Part shown: piece by piece, positions 11,865 through 23,841 of the stretch
How the letters are laid out: each line of letters begins with the position of its first letter
Numbering within the stretch: the stretch's first letter is position 1
Source: Felis catus
Taxonomy: Eukaryota
Direction of reading: 5' to 3'
Length of the DNA: 64,000 bases
Assembly (NCBI RefSeq): GCF_018350175.1
Contig: NC_058382.1
Span: 57,600,001 to 57,664,000 of the forward strand
Program-made: the position numbers and the translations under genes
Notes under the pieces: generated by a model
What the model saw: only the letters and a program-made list of their open reading frames with translations
Databases searched by the model: none
What the model was told of the DNA's origin: nothing

Positions 11865-14789
11865 GGGTATGGGAAGTAAGTTTTTAACTTTGATGCCAAA
11901 CGTCTTGTTTTTTTTCCTTCCGGTTTATAAATGTCTTTAAGAAATTCTTCCCTGCCCTGACATAGCAAAGACACCATTTTTTTTTCTGAAAGTTTTAAGG
12001 TTTTTGTGTTCACTGTAGTATGCAGTGCAGCTGAAATGGACTTCGCTGTGTATGTGCGGTGGGGCTTGACCTCGTCCTCTGCCTTGGCCGCAGGGAGCTG
12101 TCCCAGTGCTGGGCCCTCAGCTGGCCCTTTGCTCTGGCCCTTGTGCTTGATCTCTGCAACGGTGCCACTTGTTTTAATTGTAGTCTGTCTTCTGGGAGGG
12201 CCCTCACCCTCTTGTGCTTACCCCAAGTGTTTTGGTCCTCCTTCTTCCTTAACTGTTCCTTAAGAATCTGTGATCAGCATGCCACGTTCCATGAAATATC
12301 CCATTGAGATTTCAGTTAGAATTGTGTTAATTATGGGCTCATTTGTAGGAGAATTCACAATTTTATGAGAGTTTTCCTAAACACGATTTTGGTACATTTC
12401 ACCATTCAGGTCTTTTACATGTAATTAATGATTTCTGTTTTAGTTTAATAAAACTGATCTGGAATATTTTTTCATATTCGTATTTTAAATATGAAAACTG
12501 TTGAAATTGTATCGAAAAGAACAAAGGGAGGTACGAGTAAGGATAAGGATAAGGACGTTGATGAGACCTAACCAGCCACTTGAGTGTTTTTGTGTGGAGT
12601 TCTTTTTACTTGGCAAGATGGAGCAGAAGATACTGACTCCTTAGGATTGGAGCCACACGGCCCGCGTTGCCTGTGGCCTTGGCCAGTCCTGCCCGTTTCA
12701 CCTTGGCTTCTTGAACTCGAGACTCTGGGGCTGGAGAGGAAGGATTAAATGACAGCGTGTTGAAAGCGTTACTTCAGCTGCACAGACTAGAGAGCGATTT
12801 ATTGGTTTCTCCTCTTTGACTTCAGGAAAAAGGAAGAAATCACTGAAAGCAAAGCTTGGTCAGGTTACAGTTTAGAAGGTGAATAATTCCCTTCAGTGCC
12901 CATCTCCATCTGTTTTGTGTTCATTGATGGTGAGGGCGTTTTAAGGAATCTAAGGATAGGAGCCAGGAAACCGTGAACGCTGCGTTATAGAGTGTATTTC
13001 CTAAGGCAACAAAATGCATCTGTGCATGTTAGATTTTGTAGAATGAGGCTTGGAGTTGAGTGTGTCCTGACAGAAAAAATAACAATTAGGAAAAACATGA
13101 TCGTCCCGTATTCCCCAAGTGTTAGTATAATTGAGGTTCTACTCTGTGTACTAATGGTTCGAGTTTTAAGTCATTTCTGTCTTTGAATCACAGTAGAATA
13201 CAGAGGCACCTGCCAGGGACAGGACAGCCTGTGCGCTTGGCAATTAAGGTTTCAAAAGATGAGAAAGCCCCACTCGTGTATTTTACAAAAGCCTTTCGCA
13301 AGTGCGTGCATTTGTGTGCGTTTGTGAGAGCCTGTTTGCAGGGAAGTGTCAGAGTAAAAACGTGGGTTTTCTTTCCTGTGATGTGAAGGTAGAGAATGTA
13401 CCATATTTCAGAGTCTGGAGAGCTGCGCTCCTTGGTCACTCTGCTACTCAAGTAGGCCTGGTGGCTCTGGCAGTTTCCTCCCACTCATCGTGCTTCCTTA
13501 TAGGAAAACGGGGGTGTTTGTTTACCTCTCAGAATGTTGGGCAGTCATTAGTTACTGTGGAAGACGTTCGCACATAAGGATTTGATGGTAAAGTCGTGTC
13601 AGGCTTTTACTGTACAAATAATGGCTGTGTCTTAACAGAATGAGTTTATAGCCAGAAATCTTCGTAAGTCTGGCTCATTTCTGGGTCTTCTGTGTTTTCG
13701 CTTTTGAATATGCGTTGCGTTTGGGGGCAGGTATGACAGATGTCGTCTGCCAGAATCACATATGGTCCAGTGACCCGCAGAGGGGAAACACAGGCTAATT
13801 AATGCGATTGGGCCAAGCTCTCTCTCTGTCGTAATTGTTGTAATTCAGGAGTCTGGAGCGTACTAGCAGCATCACCACGTGGGGCACAGACTGTTTCGTG
13901 GCGTGCCGTGTGGTTGCATGGGTGGGTGTGTGGGTGCTGTTGTCTCCTGGTGCTGTGGCCTCGTGGCTCGGGCCTTTGCCCTCGCGCTGAGAACGGCGGT
14001 GGCTCCTGCCCGCGCCGTGCCTGCCGTGTGGCCGTCGTGGGAACTCGCACCAGCCCTGTTCCTCATGTACTTCTTTGGCTGGTAGGAATTTGAGAAGCGT
14101 TTTTTTCCTCTCCCTGGGGCCAAGAACTGAAAAAACAAAGTGTGAGAAACATAAAGTGTTAAACTGTAGGAACATTCTGCTTTTCTCCCGTTCTCTCAGC
14201 TGAGTGTTGGACTCCCTTTTACTTTCCCTGTTTGAAAGCTTGCCCCTGGCCAGACAGGACGGTCAGTAGTTGAACAGAGTCCGAAGAAACCCTCTCAGCT
14301 GGTTTCTGTATGTGATCTTAAATATTAGTAGAAATTTAAAGGTCACATACCGCATATCTTTTTTTTATCAAGCTGGCCTCTAGTTTGTAAGCCAGCGTGA
14401 TTTAAAAATGAATTTCTCCAGCTGGAAGAAACACAGTCAATTTACTGAATAAGCATGCTTTGAAGCCCGGTCGTCATCATGTCAGTAGTGTTCACAAATA
14501 AGGGGTGAATGAATGCTCCTTGTTCTTGGGACTTCCGGAACTTCAGTATTGGGGGCAACACGCACACATGCTTAGTGCAGTTACGGGAAAAACAAGACCA
14601 GAGCGGGATGGGCCACGCTGCAGACGCTGAGGGTGTGTGTGTCTGTGCGTGCGTGGGTGTGGGTCTGGCTATGGAGAGTTAAGACTGTTCCTCTCAGGGG
14701 TTTGGTGTCCTTGTGGGGCTTCAGAGGACAGACTTGAGGTTCACGAGGGGCTTTTAGACGGCGGAACAAATGGGGGCAGTGCCAAAAGG

Positions 14790-15180
14790 TTTTGAGACGT
14801 TAGTTCATGAAATGTAATCGACACAAAATTGTGTAAGCTTAATAAGGTGCGTGCCACATCTGATACATTTATATTGCAAGATTGCTGTCGTAGAGTTAGC
14901 TGTGTCTCGTCACAGAGTTGCCGTTTCCTTTAGTCGTGACAACGGTTAAACTCTGGTCTCTCAGGCTTCAAGTTCACAGCCAGGTTTGCTGCCTGTAATC
15001 TGTGTAGTGTGTCACCTGTCCAGGGCTTACCTGCGACTTGCAGGTACTTACCCCTCAGCAGCGTCTCTCCCGTTCCCCCAGTCCACAGCCTTGGGAACTA
15101 CCCACCGTTCCACTCTTTGGGTTTTGGATTTGAGGTGTTTTCGTTTTTGAGATTCCAGAGGTAAGGGATGTCATATATAG
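14790..15180 (-). mobile_element. Old L1 (L1MA/MB-like) 3' end fragment
   Basis: gaaatgtaatcgacacaaaattgtgtaag ... tttttgagattccagaggtaag motifs. Confidence 0.6.
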
Positions 15181-15530
15181 TATTTGTTGAAAACATTACC
15201 TTCTTCATCAAAGGGCCCAAGCAGTGACTTCTCCAGACGGTGGCGCTATTCTCAGCCTGAGTTGATCTCACTTTGTACCTGATGTCGCGAGATGTCAGCT
15301 TCTTGCGTTGCTCACCGTGCATGTGTGTGTGAGAGCTTTATGGTTTTGCTTCAGTTTGAAAGTCTGTATGCTCGTAAATAGCTGCACGGTTAAAGAGGGA
15401 ACTTTGAACAACTCTTACAATTTCATTCCGCTGTCTATAATAAATCCACATTTACCAGAGACTAAGGGGCATCTTATGAATGGTAGAGGTTTGTTGAATT
15501 AAAGGTGCCATGTGCTTACAAAGTAAAAAA

Positions 15531-15532
<2 letters not shown>

Positions 15533-15565
<33 letters not shown>
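15533..15565. repeat. (CA)n microsatellite
   Basis: Direct reading. Confidence 0.95.
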
Positions 15566-15568
<3 letters not shown>

Positions 15569-16114
15569 TTGTGCCAGAACTCATTCCAGCGTCACTAATT
15601 CCCACATTTGCACTCTTACCAGATTAGTAACTCAAGAGTGTTTTAAACACCAGCAGGTTGTCAGTGTTGCCCTGGAGTCTGCTGGGGTGGGAGGTCTGTT
15701 TTCGGGACCTGCCTCTACCCCTTACCACAGTGTGTGTAAATACAGTGTGATTAAAAAACTAAGCACTTTCGGTGCCTTACGGTTGTATAGATTTCTGTCA
15801 CCAGGGGGCACCCTGCAGTCACTGATAGAGAAAGAGAAGGCCCTCTGCATCCGGGAGCTTGATAAACTTCCCTTGTGGCTGCAGAGGAACGGGAAGCGAC
15901 TGGTCCTCACGTGCGCCCTTTTTGCTCCGTGCGTCTGTGCCAGAGGTCAATGCTGCAGCACCCCGTGCGAGGTGCGAGTCCCAGGGTAGCCCCTGGCCGC
16001 ACCCGGAATGGGTTCTCCTGGTGTCTCAGTGGATGGGAACCGTGCGCCCCCTAGTGGGAATACGTGGTGGAAACATGCATAGCTCTCAGGTCCTGAAAGT
16101 GTTCACTTCCTTTT

Positions 16115-16355
16115 GTTTTTTTTTGTTTTGTTTTTAAAAAATTTTTTTAACCTTTATTGATTTTTGAGAGAGAGAGAGAGAGAGCGAGAGCATGAACGGG
16201 GGAGGTTCAGAGAGAGAGGGAGACACAGAATCCAAAACAGGCTCCAGGCTCTGAGCTGTCAGCACAGAGCCCGACGCGGGGCTCGAACTCACGACCGTGA
16301 GATATGACCTGAGCCGAAGTCAGACGCTCCACCGACGGAGCCACCCAGGCGCCCC
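16115..16355 (-). mobile_element. SINEC (felid type)
   Basis: TSD tgttcacttcctttt / tgttcagttcctttt; full body. Confidence 0.94.
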
Positions 16356-16470
16356 TGTTCAGTTCCTTTTGAACTCCTCTTGGTTTCCTTAGGTTCTCTG
16401 GGGGAGAGAACTTGGTTACTTGGAGTGATAAGTGTTTGTCTCCGTGATTATTGAGTCGACTTGCTGAGAG

Positions 16471-16618
16471 TTAATTGGAGAAATCAGCCGAGGAAGCCAC
16501 TCACGCAGCAGTTCTCGGACAGTGGCGGGCGTGACAGTCCCCGGGGCCTGTCCAGGAAGCCCAGGCGCTGCGGGGGGACACGCTTGGAAGAGGGGCTGTG
16601 TTAGGGTGTCGTTGCTTT
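16471..16618 (+). repeat. Copy A of a local dispersed duplication (partner at 19291-19460)
   Basis: 52/60 gap-free identity over the first 60 nt by manual alignment. Confidence 0.85.
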
Positions 16619-17366
16619 GCTCTTCTGTTCTTTCGTCAGGTCCACTTGCCTTAGCCCTTCCGTCCTAAGCATTCTTACCCCGAATGTGTCCGTTTGAAAC
16701 ATTTCCAAGTCTTAAATGCTATGGAGTAGCTAGGAAGAAGAAAAATTGGGGATATTCATAACACTACCTTCCTGCTTTTTACAAAGAGGTCAGATACTGG
16801 CTGTTTTGCTTTCTCTCTCCTAAACAAGGAATGTTTTTTCCAGCCTTTAATTCAGCTATTTAAGGCACTGTGTCAAAAAGGAGCCGTGATTCTCAGACTT
16901 CTCTGTGGGCTCTCGGCACTCTGCCCGTGGGCCTGGTCCTGGCCTCCACTGGCCGTGCTGACGCGTGTGAGGTGAACCTGAAACGCCGACGGGCAGTACG
17001 GGTCATCTTTGTCGGGGGCCCGGGACAAGTGGCCGCAGTACCTGTGGGCCACCTGACGTCCTGTGAGACGGGGGTGTTTGTCGTAGCATTGTATCGTAGT
17101 TGATTCACGTGTCCGTTGGAGTCCGTTTTTATTATTTTGCCTCATTTTTGGATCTTAATGGCAATATTTAAAAGCATTCCTGTGGTATTTTTTTCTTAAA
17201 TGAAGGTGATTTAATCTTACCGTCAGTGTATGTTATTGTGGTAAACAAATGTCACGAGAAGTTGAACGGATAAAGAGTTTTAACAAAGTGTTGTTTTAAT
17301 GAAGAAGCATGTGTTGGGTGTTAACATGTTGTTGAATTAAAATTTGTTTTCCAATTCCCTGTGCAG

Positions 17367-17427
17367 CTTCCTCCCTACAATGGAACAGTTCTGTGTGGCA
17401 CACAAGCTCCCGATGAACTACCCGATG
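17367..17427 (+). CDS. USP10: USP10 exon 3 (LPPYNGTVLCGTQAPDELPD-G); includes T42-Q ATM-type site
   Basis: ttccctgtgcag| acceptor; ATG|gtaagc donor; 61 nt, phase 0-1. Confidence 0.96.
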
Positions 17428-19290
17428 GTAAGCTGGTGTCTCCTCTACCCCCCGGACATGCGTGCTGGCCCTGTGTGCTTGGGGGGGGGGGGGGGACGGG
17501 CAGGAGGCCTGGAAGCCACGTTTCCTGCTCGTTCCTACTTTTCCAGTAAACATTGCCTTACTGCTCAGTGTTTTTGCTGTAAGCTATAGCATATTTGATC
17601 ACTGCACCGTTTTGACTGAGGAGTTAAGTGTCTTCTGGGCTTCAGAGTATCAGATGTTCCAGGTTTAGCGAAGGAGTTGCTTGTTCGAGTCTGTTTTTCT
17701 CTTCACCGTTCTCAGCGGCACAGGTAGGTTTTTCACGGCCAGTGCTTTCTGAGAAACTTCTCCGCGGGCTTCCTCCTGGTTGGGGAGGCTGCCGGGCCGC
17801 AGCTGCCGCCTCCCCGAGGGCGGGCGCAGAGCCGATTCCCGGAGACGGTGCCCGCTGAGATGCAGTGACTTTGTGTTGTCGAAGGCTGCGGGGTTTAAGG
17901 AGTGGCGGGTGGTTCGGTTACCGCGGGCTGCCGTCACCGCGCGGGTCGGGTCCGTGTGGACCGTGTTCAGTCTGGATCATTAAGGTCCCTCGCTGGCCTC
18001 GGAGAAGCGAACGCTGACCCTTTCCTTGGAGAGCCAGGGATCCGGTTCCCTGCTTCGTTAGCACGGGCTCTTAATTATAATGTAGACGTGTGCTTTGAAG
18101 AGACTGTCTGGACTTTGTGCACGGTAAAATCAGAGAGAGCCTGTGTCTCACGTTAGCAGCTGAGAAGCCGGCGTCTCGGAGATGGCGAGGGGAAGGGCAG
18201 TTCTGGTGGCGGCTCAGGACGGGACGGAGTGAAGTGAGCTGCAGGGAGCCGGCCCCCCTGGTGCCGCCCAGCCTCCAGGGCGGCTGTTGCCCGAGTCCGC
18301 TGGATTGCAGTCTGTCTCCGTGTATTCTGCACGTCGTAAGCATGCTGCAGGTGTCTCCTCGGTGCTTTAAGATGTCTCGTTCTTTTCCCTTTCATGTTAC
18401 TCCTTTTATTCTTGTCCAGTTAACGGCCTCACCACCCGCCCAAGGGGCGCAGGCCGGAGACGGGAGGCCCTGCCAGCTCTTCCCAGCGTCCAGCTCTCTC
18501 CTTCCCTTTCTCGCGCCGTACCCGCCTTCCAGGCTGTTCTCTGTTCAGTTACTGCTTCTTGTCCCCTGTTCTCCATTGTCTCAAGTCCACCTTTTAATCT
18601 GCTGAAAACACAGCTGGGACCTTGCCACCTGCTCATGCTGTTAGAGACCGGCCAGCTTAAAGGCCCCTTTTTCTCTGAGGCCTTTTCTGTTCTCTCGCGT
18701 TTCCATGACGTCTGTTTCTCTTACAGTGCTTGTCCCACTGTCCAGCGACGAGTCTGCCCCCCTTTCCGGGCTGAGCGCAGCCGTGGCGGCAGGGATCGTA
18801 GTCGTCCACGTCTGTGTGCTCAGCAGCTGCACGGTGTCGTATCTGGAATGTTGTCAACCCCCAGTATGGTTTTGGATGAATGATTTAGGATGACGTCCTC
18901 TGCCTCCCACCGTAGGCAGCTGCAGCGGGCTCTTTGCGGGGGCTCATCACGGCGTGCCTTTCCTGCCTCTCCTTTCCTTCAGTCACTTCCCACAGCTGGA
19001 AATAGTGTGCCCCCCCCCCCCCCCCCCCCCCCCGCTCCCAGCCAGCTGTCCTGCCTCTTCCGCGGACGCCTCTGTAGCTTCTCGTGGAAATTGGCGCTCT
19101 TTCCTGTATCTGGAAGCATTCTCTCTGTAAACCGTTGAGGCCTTGTCTTGCCCTCCCTCCGTACTGTCAGCTTCAGTCCGAGGTGTTTGTCTGCAGGTAA
19201 ATGTAACTCCCTGGGGCAGGGACTCTGCCTTACTCATCACTCAACCCTCTGTGGTAATAGTAAGCACTTTGCACGTGGCTGGCTGCTCTA

Positions 19291-19460
19291 TTAATTGGAC
19301 AGATGAGCCGAGCAAGCCACTTAAGCAGCAGTTCTTAGACAGTGGCGGGCACGACAACCTGTAGGGGCCCCTGAGCATTGCAGACCGCGGGGCGCGTTCA
19401 GGAACCCAGGGCGCTGCAGGGAGCACGCTTGGCAAAACGCTGCTAGGATGTCATTGTTTT
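19291..19460 (+). repeat. Copy B of a local dispersed duplication (partner at 16471-16618)
   Basis: Same alignment; offset 2820 nt. Confidence 0.85.
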
Positions 19461-19775
19461 ACTTGAGCTGCTTTCCTCCCCCAACCACCCACTGCCTGTA
19501 TAGCCTGAGCGCTGAGCGGTCCCCAGTCACCCACTGCTGCGACTGTGTTGTGTAAAGCCTGGCTTCGCGGGCTTCCACCGGTCTGTCAGCCCGCACCGAC
19601 TGGGCTTCTCCTGACTCCTCTGCCGTGTGGGGCAGCGCGCACGCGTGTCCGTGGTGTGTGTTCTGGCGAAGAGGAGGAGCTGTTCCGGGTAGGACTCTGC
19701 CTTCCAGTGATGCAGTCAGACCCTAGACAGGATCATGTTTTCACAATGGCCGTAGCGTAGTGAAATGATTCCATT

Positions 19776-19922
19776 AATGTCATATCATGTTCTAGAATGT
19801 TCTGTGATACGATAAGATTAAGGAAATGTCATATCATGCTCTAGAATATTCTGTGACATGATAAGATTAAGGAAATATCATATCGTGTTCTAGAATATTC
19901 TGGGACACGATAAGATCAAGGA
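19776..19922. repeat. Tandem repeat, 3 x 49 bp, each unit with a heat-shock-element-like core
   Basis: Units start at 19776, 19825 and 19874 (aatgtcatatcatgttctagaatgttctgtgatacgataagattaagga and variants). Confidence 0.95.
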
Positions 19923-20997
19923 TTGAGATGTGGAAGGCACTGTGTCTGTTGGAGTTAAAATCTTGCACAGACTGCCTGACACAGCGCATACTAATTTATA
20001 ATCAGGTTTCACAGTGCGCACCAGTGTCCCCAGGGTAGCCTCCCTGTGTGGCGTGCTCTCCATTTCCTCAAATACATCCGTGTCAGTCCATGCAGCGGCA
20101 TTGCACCCTCGCAGCACCGCGGAGTAGGGGATGCCTGGAAGCAGAGTGGACGGTCTACTTCTAGGCGTGATGGTGGAGAAGTTCACTTGTCTTTAGTGAT
20201 TCTTTTCAAAATAAGGAAACAAAAGATCAGTGTTCAAGGACCAAAGGAGTCAAGTGGTCATGGTGGTGGCTTTATGTGGAAATGTGCTGTTAGGTGTAAC
20301 CATCACTAGTATTCCTTTTTCAGGAACTTTCTGGTGTTGGGCAGGTGTTCGCCCCTCCCGCCCCCCAGGTGTGATCACTAAACGGATGAAGAATTAGACT
20401 GTTGACACCCCTGCCCTCCAGTAACTTGCACGTAATTGCCGCCTCCTGGGGGCTGCTTTTTAAAAGACTTCCGAGGTGAAACATAGGTTATTTCTAATAG
20501 AGCACAGTTCTTCTGGCCTATAGGGTGGGTTTTTTTGAAATACATGTTTTGAGAAGTTGGCTTCTTAGGCTAGACTCGGAGAAATCCTCAGGCGTTAAAG
20601 AGTAGTTAGAAGGCATGTGGCCTTTCCTTAACTTCAAAATTTAGAACTGTTGCGTCACATAGAAGATGACACTGATGCTTGATGTCTGTTGAAAGCTGCA
20701 GTTGATTCTAAAACTTAACGTAATTTCAGAAATGTAAACTATGAAAAAAATGTACCTTTCGGAATGGTGGCACGTGTAGATTGTTGTCCGTTGGCAGGAA
20801 GTAGTGAAAGGTCCCAAAGAGGTTTCTAAAAGTGTGCAGTCCTAACTGTCTTTGGGTATTTTTGGAAGTGTCTTCTTCACCCGTGGAGTTCATCCATTAT
20901 GAATTCATTTAGTGCACATTTACATGCATTCATGCAAAGCCATTTTCAGACTTCAGTTAAGGTTGTCAGTGGAGGAGATCAGGCGATGGGTGATTGT

Positions 20998-21220
20998 TTT
21001 GTTATTTTATTTTTTTAATGTTTATTCATTTTTTGGGAGAGAGAGACAGAGCATGAGCAGGGAAGGGGCAGAGAGAGAGAGGGAGACACAGAATCCGAAG
21101 CAGGCTCCAGGCTCTGAGCTGTCAGTACGGAGCCCAGTGTGGGGCTTGAACTCACAAACTGCGAGATCATGACCTGAGCCGAAGTCACATGCTTAACCGG
21201 CTGAGCCACCCAGGCGCCCC
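20998..21220 (-). mobile_element. SINEC
   Basis: Full body ending cacccaggcgcccc; diverged TSD. Confidence 0.93.
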
Positions 21221-21773
21221 GAGGAGACGGGTAATTGTAAGGAGCACCTCTGAAGTGTGCTTTTATGTAGAGGATTAATTCTAGTGTAGTTTATATTTTC
21301 TGAATTATTAAATTACACCAGTTAGAGAAGTCATAAATACAGCAATGACTTCAAGTCCCTAAGTTAGTTGTCTTGATTTTTTTTTTTTTTTAATTAAGTT
21401 GTCCAAAATACATATACCCCAGAAAGCAAGCCAATGAAGTCATATTTCACTGAGGGGTGTTTTTAGACAGGTAAAATATTACTTGCTTTCTATTATAATC
21501 TCATTTAAATTTCTGCCTTCTGGAAGTCTCCCGTGGCTACCCTGAAAGTGGAAAATAAATACAGGCTTCTGTTTTTCATATCTCTAAATTAAATAAAATT
21601 TCATAGTTATTTATTTTCAGCAGATTTTTTGGCACAGAAATAAAATGTCATAGCTTTGTTAATTAGAAGAAGACTTTAAGGGTTCAGTTTCAAAAAGAAA
21701 ATGATTTTTGAGACGTCTGTAAGCCGTGTTCTCAACTAATGGGATATTCGCTGATCCTTGTCTTTCTAAACAG

Positions 21774-22814
21774 GACAAGAATATCAGAGAATTGAGTTTG
21801 GTGTTAATGAAGTAATTGAACCTAACGACACTTTGCCGAGAACTCCCAACTACAGTATTTCAAGCACATTGAATCCTCAGGCCCCTGAATTTATCCTCAG
21901 TTGCACAACTTCCAAAAAGATCCCTGATGACGTAGATAAAGAAGCGGCCTACAGCTCCGTGGACTGCCAGTACCCAGGCTCTGCCCTTGCTCTGGACGGC
22001 AGCTCTAGCGTGGAGGTGGAAGTTCTAGAAAACGACGGTGTCGCGGGTGGTCTCGGACAGAGGGAGCGTAAAAAGAAGAAAAAACGTCCACCAGGATATT
22101 ACAGTTACTTGAAAGATGGCGGTGAGGGGAGTATTCCCACAGACGCCCTGGTCAATGGCCACGCCAACCCAGCGGTCCCGAACAGCGTAGGCTCAGAGGA
22201 TGTGGAGTTAGCGGGCGCGGCGCCCCCATCGGGGACACCCAGGACTTGCGGCAGCCCTCGGGGTTCCACGGACTTCGTCGGCGACGCTGTGTCCGGCGGG
22301 CCTTTCCCTGGAGCCCTCGACGGCGATGCGAGGACTGCAGGGCAGCCCGGGAGCTGCCACGGGGCTGACTTGGAACAGTCCTGCCTCCCCGCAGAGGCCG
22401 GCAGGGACAGCCTGTTGAGGACAGCGGTGGCTCAGCCTTACACGGGGACTCACACTACTGAAAACCTTGCCGTTGCTAATGGACAAATACTTGAATCCTC
22501 GGGCGAGGGCTCAGCTGCCAATGGGGTCGAGTTGCACACTGTGGAAAGCCCGGACTCGGACGCTGCTAAAGCCGAGAGCGCCGCCCCTGCTGCCGATTCC
22601 CCGGCCTCTGTGGCGGGCACCGCTCCCGCCAGCCAGCCTAAGTCGTGGGCCAGTCTTTTTCATGATTCTAAGCCCTCTTCCTCCTCGCCCGTGGCTTCCG
22701 TGGAAACTAAGTATTCCCCTCCCGCCACGTCCCCCCTGGTCTCTGAAAAGCAGGTCGAAGTCAAAGAAGGGCTTGTTCCAGTTTCAGAGGATCCCGTAGC
22801 CATAAAGATTGCAG
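21774..22814 (+). CDS. USP10: USP10 exon 4: N-terminal disordered region with PAM2 motif [12 protein letters not shown] (21863-21898), basic RERKKKKKR cluster (22061-22087) and S337-Q (22631-22636)
   Basis: tctttctaaacag| acceptor; GCAG|gtatag donor; 1041 nt open frame, phase 1-1; overlaps ORF 21833..23227. Confidence 0.98.
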
Positions 22815-23280
22815 GTATAGTTCAAAAGACGCAGGTGGAGAGTGGAGATGGGAGCAGGGCTCCTTCGCTCCGGGTGAGGAACTTTGAGGCTGTCTGGGCT
22901 GACGGTCACCCGCGGCAGCAGGCCCTGACCTGTGTGTTACTAGGAATTTCTCGAGAATGGCCGTGCCTTAATTGTTACCTATCTAGACGTAAAAGGATAT
23001 CTAAGCACAATGCCGGGGCGGGGGGGGGGGGTGGGGGGTGGGGGGGTGCTCATACCTTTGTGTTAAGTGAACAGTCCGTGTCTGTTACCAGTCCTTTTCT
23101 GCTGACGGGTTACATTTCCACTTTCTTGCCTTTTGGTCCAGTAATTCTCCATCGTGTGAGTGAATGGACGTGTACGTGTGTCACAGCTCTTGCACACCTT
23201 TGCTGTGGAATCCTGGATGTGGACTGAACTTTGCACTGTTTCTGTTCTGTTCTTTCTTAGGATATTAGAAAGCATTTGGG

Positions 23281-23361
23281 GTTTTTTCTTTCTTTAAATT
23301 TTTTTAATGTTTATTATTTTTGAGAGAGGGAGAGAGACAGAGCGCGAGGGGGGTGGGGGGC

Positions 23362-23396
<35 letters not shown>

Positions 23397-23531
23397 TAGA
23401 ATCCGAAGCAGGCTCCAGGCTCTGAGCTGTCAGCACAGAGCCTGACATGGGGGTTGAACCCACGAACGAACTGCGAGATCACGACCTGAGCCAAAGTCGG
23501 CTGCGTAACTGCCTGAGCCGCCCAGGCACCC
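23281..23531 (-). mobile_element. SINEC with internal (GACA)n
   Basis: Core SINEC motifs, T-rich tail. Confidence 0.92.
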
Positions 23532-23841
23532 TGGCGGGGGTGGTTTCCTTTTGTCGTCTGTTTTGCATTGAGGACATGGATTTTAGTTCGTTGTAGCTCA
23601 TGAGGGTCAGCTCTTGACAGGAAAAGAAAAACCGCAGTAATTTGGGACAAAGTTGATGGTTGTTTTTTTGAGGGTTCAGGCTCAAAGGGCGAATTTGCTA
23701 AGAATCAGAAATGCAGGGGCTGTCTGTGTTTATACAAAGCCAAGAAGCCAACGTATTTCTTCAGGTTTCTCTGTCCTGAGAAGTTCAGTCGCCATCTCTT
23801 CAGGTTCTCGTCCCGCTAGCGGAGTTAAAAAAGGCTGTCTC

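Noticed and set aside
11495..12013. 172-aa ORF with ASKQ repeats, and recurring AQVMIS/GDTESEAGSRL peptides
   Set aside because: These are translations of the (CTTG)n microsatellite and SINEC bodies.
21833..23227. 464-aa ORF as a standalone gene
   Set aside because: It starts at a TTG inside exon 4 and runs past the donor at 22814. It is exon 4 plus intronic read-through.
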